In this document: positions 60,218 to 64,000 of the stretch, piece after piece | How positions within the stretch are numbered: the first letter of the stretch is position 1 | Layout of the letters: the number at the start of each line of letters is the position of its first letter | DNA from: Candidatus Micrarchaeota archaeon | GTDB lineage: Archaea; Micrarchaeota; Micrarchaeia; Micrarchaeales; CABMGC01 | Length of the DNA: 64,000 nt | Direction: 5' to 3' | NCBI GenBank assembly: GCA_021828295.1 | Contig: JAKASF010000002.1 | Location: 407 to 64,406 of the forward strand | Notes under the pieces: model-generated | Told to the model about the DNA's origin: nothing | Seen by the model: the letters and a program-made list of their open reading frames with translations, nothing else | The model's database searches: none | Position numbers and translations under genes: made by a program

Positions 60218-61162
60218 TCAGTGAGTCTCCGATAGCGTGCTGTTCACGTGCATCAGTGCCGGTACCGAACTGGTGTTGTAGTAGACCTCGATGTGCGTGG
60301 TCTGGAGCGGCGTTGCTACGCTGCCGGGGTTGTACTGCACCCAGAGTATGCCGTTGAACGGCGCCGAGACGTTGCTTATGCCGTAGCACGGCAGGCCCTT
60401 CGCGCTTATCGGCATAGAGGACGTTATCGAGGTGCCGTACTGCCCCTGCGTGAACGTCCCATTAGCCTCAAGGTAGTAGAAGTCGTACTTGGAGGGCGCG
60501 GAGAGGTTGAACGTGTTCGTGCATGCCAGGTCGAGGTTGTAAAGTGTGTCGCTGGTGTCGTTTGAGGAGAGCGTGAAGGAAAGGTTGGCTGGAGCAGAGA
60601 GCACCGGGTTCTGGCAGTGGAAAGGCTGGTCGTATTCTACTGTTGAGCAACCCGAATAGAGCACTATCGTGGTGGTCGTGGTAACCGTGGTGGAGCTAAC
60701 TGAGATCGTGCTCGTGGTGTTGAGCGTGCTGACGGTAGTGGACGGCGAGAGAAGGAGCGAGGAGCCAGACACGAAGACATAGGCGATCGCAAGAACCACG
60801 GCCGCTACTGCTACGGCTATAAGGTACTCGTTCGCATATGTGCCTTTTCTGAATCCCCTCGCGCTGTAGGCCGCGGCAAGAACGGCAACAGCTGCGAACA
60901 GAATGTCAAAGGCGAAGAGCCCGGCGCCGATTATTCCGAACAAGGCCAGCGCCACAGAGGCGATCGCAAAGCCGGCGAGGAACGCTAGCGCGTCATCGAC
61001 GAAGGGCGCGACAACTCCCAGTATTATGAGCACGGGGACCAGGTTGATGACGTTCGGGAGCAGGGTCTGTATGCCGCAGCTCACGACCCCGACGAGCAGG
61101 CCGGCTGCCAGCTCCCTGTACCTCTCCCTTGAGCTTCGCCGCACGCGGCTGAAACGCCTCAT
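60218..61162 (-). CDS. membrane protein: 4-5 N-terminal TM helices, Thr/Ser-rich linker and a sequon-rich extracellular domain
   Basis: TM segments are present (LLVGVVSCGIQTLL..., FLAGFAIASVALALFGIIGAGLFAF...). The linker is TTSTISVSSTTVTTTTT. Confidence 0.5.
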   Translation of the reverse strand: MRRFSRVRRSSRERYRELAAGLLVGVVSCGIQTLLPNVINLVPVLIILGVVAPFVDDALAFLAGFAIASVALALFGIIGAGLFAFDILFAAVAVLAAAYSARGFRKGTYANEYLIAVAVAAVVLAIAYVFVSGSSLLLSPSTTVSTLNTTSTISVSSTTVTTTTTIVLYSGCSTVEYDQPFHCQNPVLSAPANLSFTLSSNDTSDTLYNLDLACTNTFNLSAPSKYDFYYLEANGTFTQGQYGTSITSSMPISAKGLPCYGISNVSAPFNGILWVQYNPGSVATPLQTTHIEVYYNTSSVPALMHVNSTLSETH

Positions 61163-61229
61163 TCCAGTGTCGCCTGTATGCTTCTGCTATGATGCTTGCT
61201 AATAAAAAGGTTTCAGTGCGGAAGTGCGG

Positions 61230-61832
61230 CTACTTGGTGGCGACGAGTCTGACAAACGGCGTGCCGAGCCCCGTCCTAAACCTCTCCGCCTTAGCGTCTC
61301 TGAACCCTGCGTCCCTGGCTAGGGAGACCAGCTCCTCCTGAGAGAAGAGCGTGTATCTGATGGCGCTCGCGCTGAAGTTCTTGAGCACCCTGATGCGCAG
61401 CGCATTCTCGTGCGCGTTCACAACAAGCGTGCCACCGCGCCTCAGCACGCGGAAGCTCTCGCCTATGACCTCTTTGTGCCGCATGTGGCCCAGGCTCTCG
61501 TTCATGAAGACGCAATCGAAGCTACCGTCCCCGTACGGCAGCGCTTCGCCTGCACCGCTCACGCCCATGACGGCATGTCTTCTCATCGCCTCCTTAACCA
61601 TCCCGCGGGAAAGGTCATGGTTGAGCACAGATAAGCATCGTTGCGCCAGCTCCGATTCAAGCTCGCCTGTGCCGCCGCCTATGCTCAGCATGCTCTCGCA
61701 AGGCGGTACGTGAGATATCGCGCGTTCAGATCCGTAGTATGAGAGGTCGCCGTTCAGCGTGAGGTGAACTCCTATTATGGTGTTGTACAGCCTGGCCATG
61801 CGGCCATCATAGGCGATGTTCTTAAGCCTCAT
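61230..61832 (-). CDS. class I SAM-dependent methyltransferase
   Basis: MLSIGGGTGE gives motif I. PYGDGSFDCVF and LRRGGTLVV are present (Methyltransf_11-like). Confidence 0.75.
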   Translation of the reverse strand: MRLKNIAYDGRMARLYNTIIGVHLTLNGDLSYYGSERAISHVPPCESMLSIGGGTGELESELAQRCLSVLNHDLSRGMVKEAMRRHAVMGVSGAGEALPYGDGSFDCVFMNESLGHMRHKEVIGESFRVLRRGGTLVVNAHENALRIRVLKNFSASAIRYTLFSQEELVSLARDAGFRDAKAERFRTGLGTPFVRLVATK

Positions 61833-61870
61833 AGCGACAACTCTGTGTGTTTTAGTTTTGCAAAAGCACG

Positions 61871-62212
61871 TCAGTCAGAGCGTAGGACAGCGCCGAGCCC
61901 TCCAATGAATCCGATTATCGCCCCGGGTATGTAGCCCCACGAGGCTCCGAAGTCGAAGCCCTTGTAAAAGCCACTCCAGTAACCCGAGTTTGTAACTGCC
62001 CACTTTGCAACCGCGGCAGTATAGCCGGTGTCTATGCCTACGCAGATCGCTCCTGCAGCGGCGCCGGCGAGCGTAACCACAGCAACTGTCGCAACGAAAC
62101 CTACGTTACTTGAACCGCGTCTTTCTGCACCCATTATCGAGTGAAGTGTGCCGTCGACCCTTCTAATCAGCATAGCTGTAGTCCTGTGCCTTTCCATGAA
62201 TTCGTTCGTCAT
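61871..62212 (-). CDS. small Gly-rich membrane protein (113 aa)
   Basis: VATVAVVTLAGAAAGAICVGI and IPGAIIGFIGGLGAVL form hydrophobic segments. Confidence 0.45.
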   Translation of the reverse strand: MTNEFMERHRTTAMLIRRVDGTLHSIMGAERRGSSNVGFVATVAVVTLAGAAAGAICVGIDTGYTAAVAKWAVTNSGYWSGFYKGFDFGASWGYIPGAIIGFIGGLGAVLRSD

Positions 62213-62261
62213 GCGATCAAACCTACTGTATTACTGGCGTATTTAAACATTGGTGAAAACT

Positions 62262-63815
62262 ATGATATTCGATATATTCGAGAAGAGAAATGCCATAATA
62301 TTGGGCAGAGTCCATCGCGAGTTGCGCCTTGTGAGGCGCTTTGGTCTTTTGAGATGGCAGTGGAAGAGAAGGTGGCTCTTCAACAGGATGGAGCTGGATC
62401 CGAAGAGGAACCTGAACTCGCACATAATGATAACGGGAGAGAGCGGAGCCGGCAAGAGCAACGCCTGCAAGCTGATCCTGAAGCGGCTGGCCGACCAGGG
62501 AGCCTGCTTCGTGGCCTTGGATCCGCATGCTGAGTATACGGAACACGCGAAGGACTTTGGTGCGAGCGTGTACGACGCCAGCTTGCATGCGGTCAACCCT
62601 TTCGACCTCGATGGCCTGACCGAGAGGGAACGCACCGCGGAGATGACCGCCATGCTGAGAAGAATCTTGCATCTCGGAGAGGTCCAGGCCTCTACCCTAT
62701 ACAGGTGCATAAGCTACACCTACTGGATAAGCAACGTAAAGAGTACGACTCCTAGCATGCACAGTCTTCTGTACACGATAAAGGTCTTCAAGCGCAGGGC
62801 CGGAAGCAAGCCCGAGTCGAGCCTGCTGGACGGCCTGGAGAAACGGCTCATAGTGATAGCTGGAGAGAGCTTCCGCAAGAACGTCCCGATGAGCAGCATA
62901 CTCCGGGGAAGGAGCGTGTTCGCGCTGCATGGCCTGCACAGCGCGGAGGCGCAGGCCGTGTACATGGAGTCGATGCTCCGAAAAATATACACAAGCCTTC
63001 TAGGAGAAGGTTCGCGAAGAACGGGAAGGTTCTACATAGTCATAGACGAGGCAGAGAAGCTGGCAGACAGTCCGGTAGTGGGCAGGCTCGTTGCCGAGGG
63101 CAGGAAGTACGGCGTGGGCATAATAGCGATATCGCAGAGGGCGAAGGCGCTGGACAGGGAGATACGCAGCAATGCGGCCACTATGATAGCGTTCGCGCAG
63201 CGGGAGCCGGAGGAGCAGAGCTACATCGCGAACATGATTGCGGCGGGAACCGAATACAACAGGTTCATCGAGGTACGCAAAGCGCTGCGCGAGCTGCCGA
63301 GAGGCTGGGCGCTGGTGCAGGAGGCGAGGGAGAGGAGCCCGAAGATAGTGAAATGCGGGAGGTTCGAGGCAAAGGTAAGGGACCCGAGCCACATGATAAT
63401 GGAGATGGCGAGGGGAGTGGTAAGCAAGCGGGAACTGATCGGGAGGCTGGAAAGAGAGGGCTTTACTCCTGGGGAAACGGTTAGTGCAGTAGCCGCGCTG
63501 ATAAAAGGAGGCTTGCTAAAGTATCATGTGGTCACGGAGCCGCCGTACGAGGGAACCTGGTACATCGCGACGCCGAGGAACAGCGCGGAGCACGACGTCA
63601 TGGTTGGCCTGATAAGCAGGTACTTGACCGAAAACGGGATTAAGAACAGGATCTACAACAACGCTTATGGGCCCGATGTGATTGCGTACAAGGATGGAGG
63701 ACGGGTGGCAGTAGAGTATGAGACAGGCATGAAAAAACCAGAGGATACGGAAAGGATGCTGCGAACGAGGAAAGGCGGATACTTGGAAACTGTCGTGTTG
63801 GGTACGGTTAACTAG
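62262..63815 (+). CDS. HerA/DUF87-like P-loop ATPase fused to a C-terminal wHTH-like region and a nuclease-like (PD-(D/E)xK-like) tail
   Basis: Walker A is ITGESGAGKSN and Walker B is FYIVIDEAEKL. GRKYGVGIIAISQR is present. The C-terminus reads ...AEHDVMVG...GPDVIAYKDGGRVAVEYETGMKK. ATG 62262 lies about 15-20 nt after a TATA-like atttaaac. Confidence 0.7.
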   Translation: MIFDIFEKRNAIILGRVHRELRLVRRFGLLRWQWKRRWLFNRMELDPKRNLNSHIMITGESGAGKSNACKLILKRLADQGACFVALDPHAEYTEHAKDFGASVYDASLHAVNPFDLDGLTERERTAEMTAMLRRILHLGEVQASTLYRCISYTYWISNVKSTTPSMHSLLYTIKVFKRRAGSKPESSLLDGLEKRLIVIAGESFRKNVPMSSILRGRSVFALHGLHSAEAQAVYMESMLRKIYTSLLGEGSRRTGRFYIVIDEAEKLADSPVVGRLVAEGRKYGVGIIAISQRAKALDREIRSNAATMIAFAQREPEEQSYIANMIAAGTEYNRFIEVRKALRELPRGWALVQEARERSPKIVKCGRFEAKVRDPSHMIMEMARGVVSKRELIGRLEREGFTPGETVSAVAALIKGGLLKYHVVTEPPYEGTWYIATPRNSAEHDVMVGLISRYLTENGIKNRIYNNAYGPDVIAYKDGGRVAVEYETGMKKPEDTERMLRTRKGGYLETVVLGTVN

Positions 63816-63895
63816 TTCGTGCAGGCGTGACGCCCGGCACAGGGGTTGCCTCTACTATAAGTATTAGCACAGCCTATGCATATGCGGGCGCATCG

Positions 63896-64000
63896 ATGAC
63901 GATGGAAAAATCCACGGGCATATTCGTTCTTCTCATGAAGAATACGAACAGGATGGAGCAGGACAAGGACATAATGAGGAAGCTGGGCCTGAGCAAGATA
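63896..64000 (+). CDS. 5' end of an ORF running off the right edge (MTMEKSTGIFVLLMKNTNRMEQDKDIMRKLGLSKI...), possibly an HTH protein
   Basis: The frame is open from ATG 63896 to the window end. A TATA-like ctactataag lies about 40 nt upstream. Confidence 0.3.
   Translation, partial: MTMEKSTGIFVLLMKNTNRMEQDKDIMRKLGLSKI

Noticed and set aside
61163-61229. I searched intergenic spacers by eye for C/D-box sRNAs (UGAUGA...CUGA), for example ctatgatgc at about 61190 and ctttgatgaag at about 3856.
   Set aside because: No spacer contained a C box plus a correctly spaced D box with terminal complementarity. This cannot be excluded without a dedicated scan.
1-64000. I looked for CRISPR arrays, rRNA genes, IS elements with terminal inverted repeats, and integrase or transposase genes.
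   Set aside because: None was seen. There are no regularly spaced direct repeats, no rRNA-like conserved stretches, and no DDE, tyrosine or serine recombinase motifs in any ORF of the track.

Overview
This 64-kb window is archaeal chromosome. The evidence is class-I CCA-adding enzyme, RtcB, fibrillarin, Trm1, an intron-containing tRNA, TATA-type promoters and class-III (type IV pilin-like) signal peptides. Genes are tightly packed, often with ATGA-type overlaps, and GC3 is high.

Core content:
- Lipoate ligase (lplA/lplB) and a 2-oxoacid dehydrogenase set (E1a-E1b-E2, plus a separated E3/lpd).
- An ABC-2 exporter.
- A menaquinone-tail cluster: polyprenyl synthase, UbiE/MenG, a CPBP protease and MenA.
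- RNA and DNA enzymes: cca, trm1, rtcB (with a 501-aa intein), flpA, rnhA, nfo and lhr with its phosphoesterase.
- Malic enzyme, carbamate kinase and NAD kinase.
- A histidine kinase and a REC-GGDEF-like response regulator.
- Four tRNAs (Ala, Leu, His, Met with intron) and one aberrant tRNA-like gene.

Accessory content:
- VapBC and HEPN-MNT toxin-antitoxin pairs.
- A five-gene pilin-like operon.
- A frameshifted retropepsin-like protease.
- A HerA-like ATPase with a nuclease-like tail.
- Several AT-richer orphan genes.

Most notable observations:
1. AT-rich cassettes sit exactly at the ends of housekeeping genes (lpd 5' end, rtcB 3' end). Each is flanked by a diverged ~65-bp duplicate of that gene terminus.
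2. A four-gene module occurs twice: a DMT transporter with a novel C-terminal domain, a tandem Lrp regulator, a RAM-only protein and a mini-protein ending in VWRVVYAD.

No rRNA, CRISPR array or transposase/integrase gene was seen.

All calls come from reading the sequence and the ORF track by eye. No database search was run.
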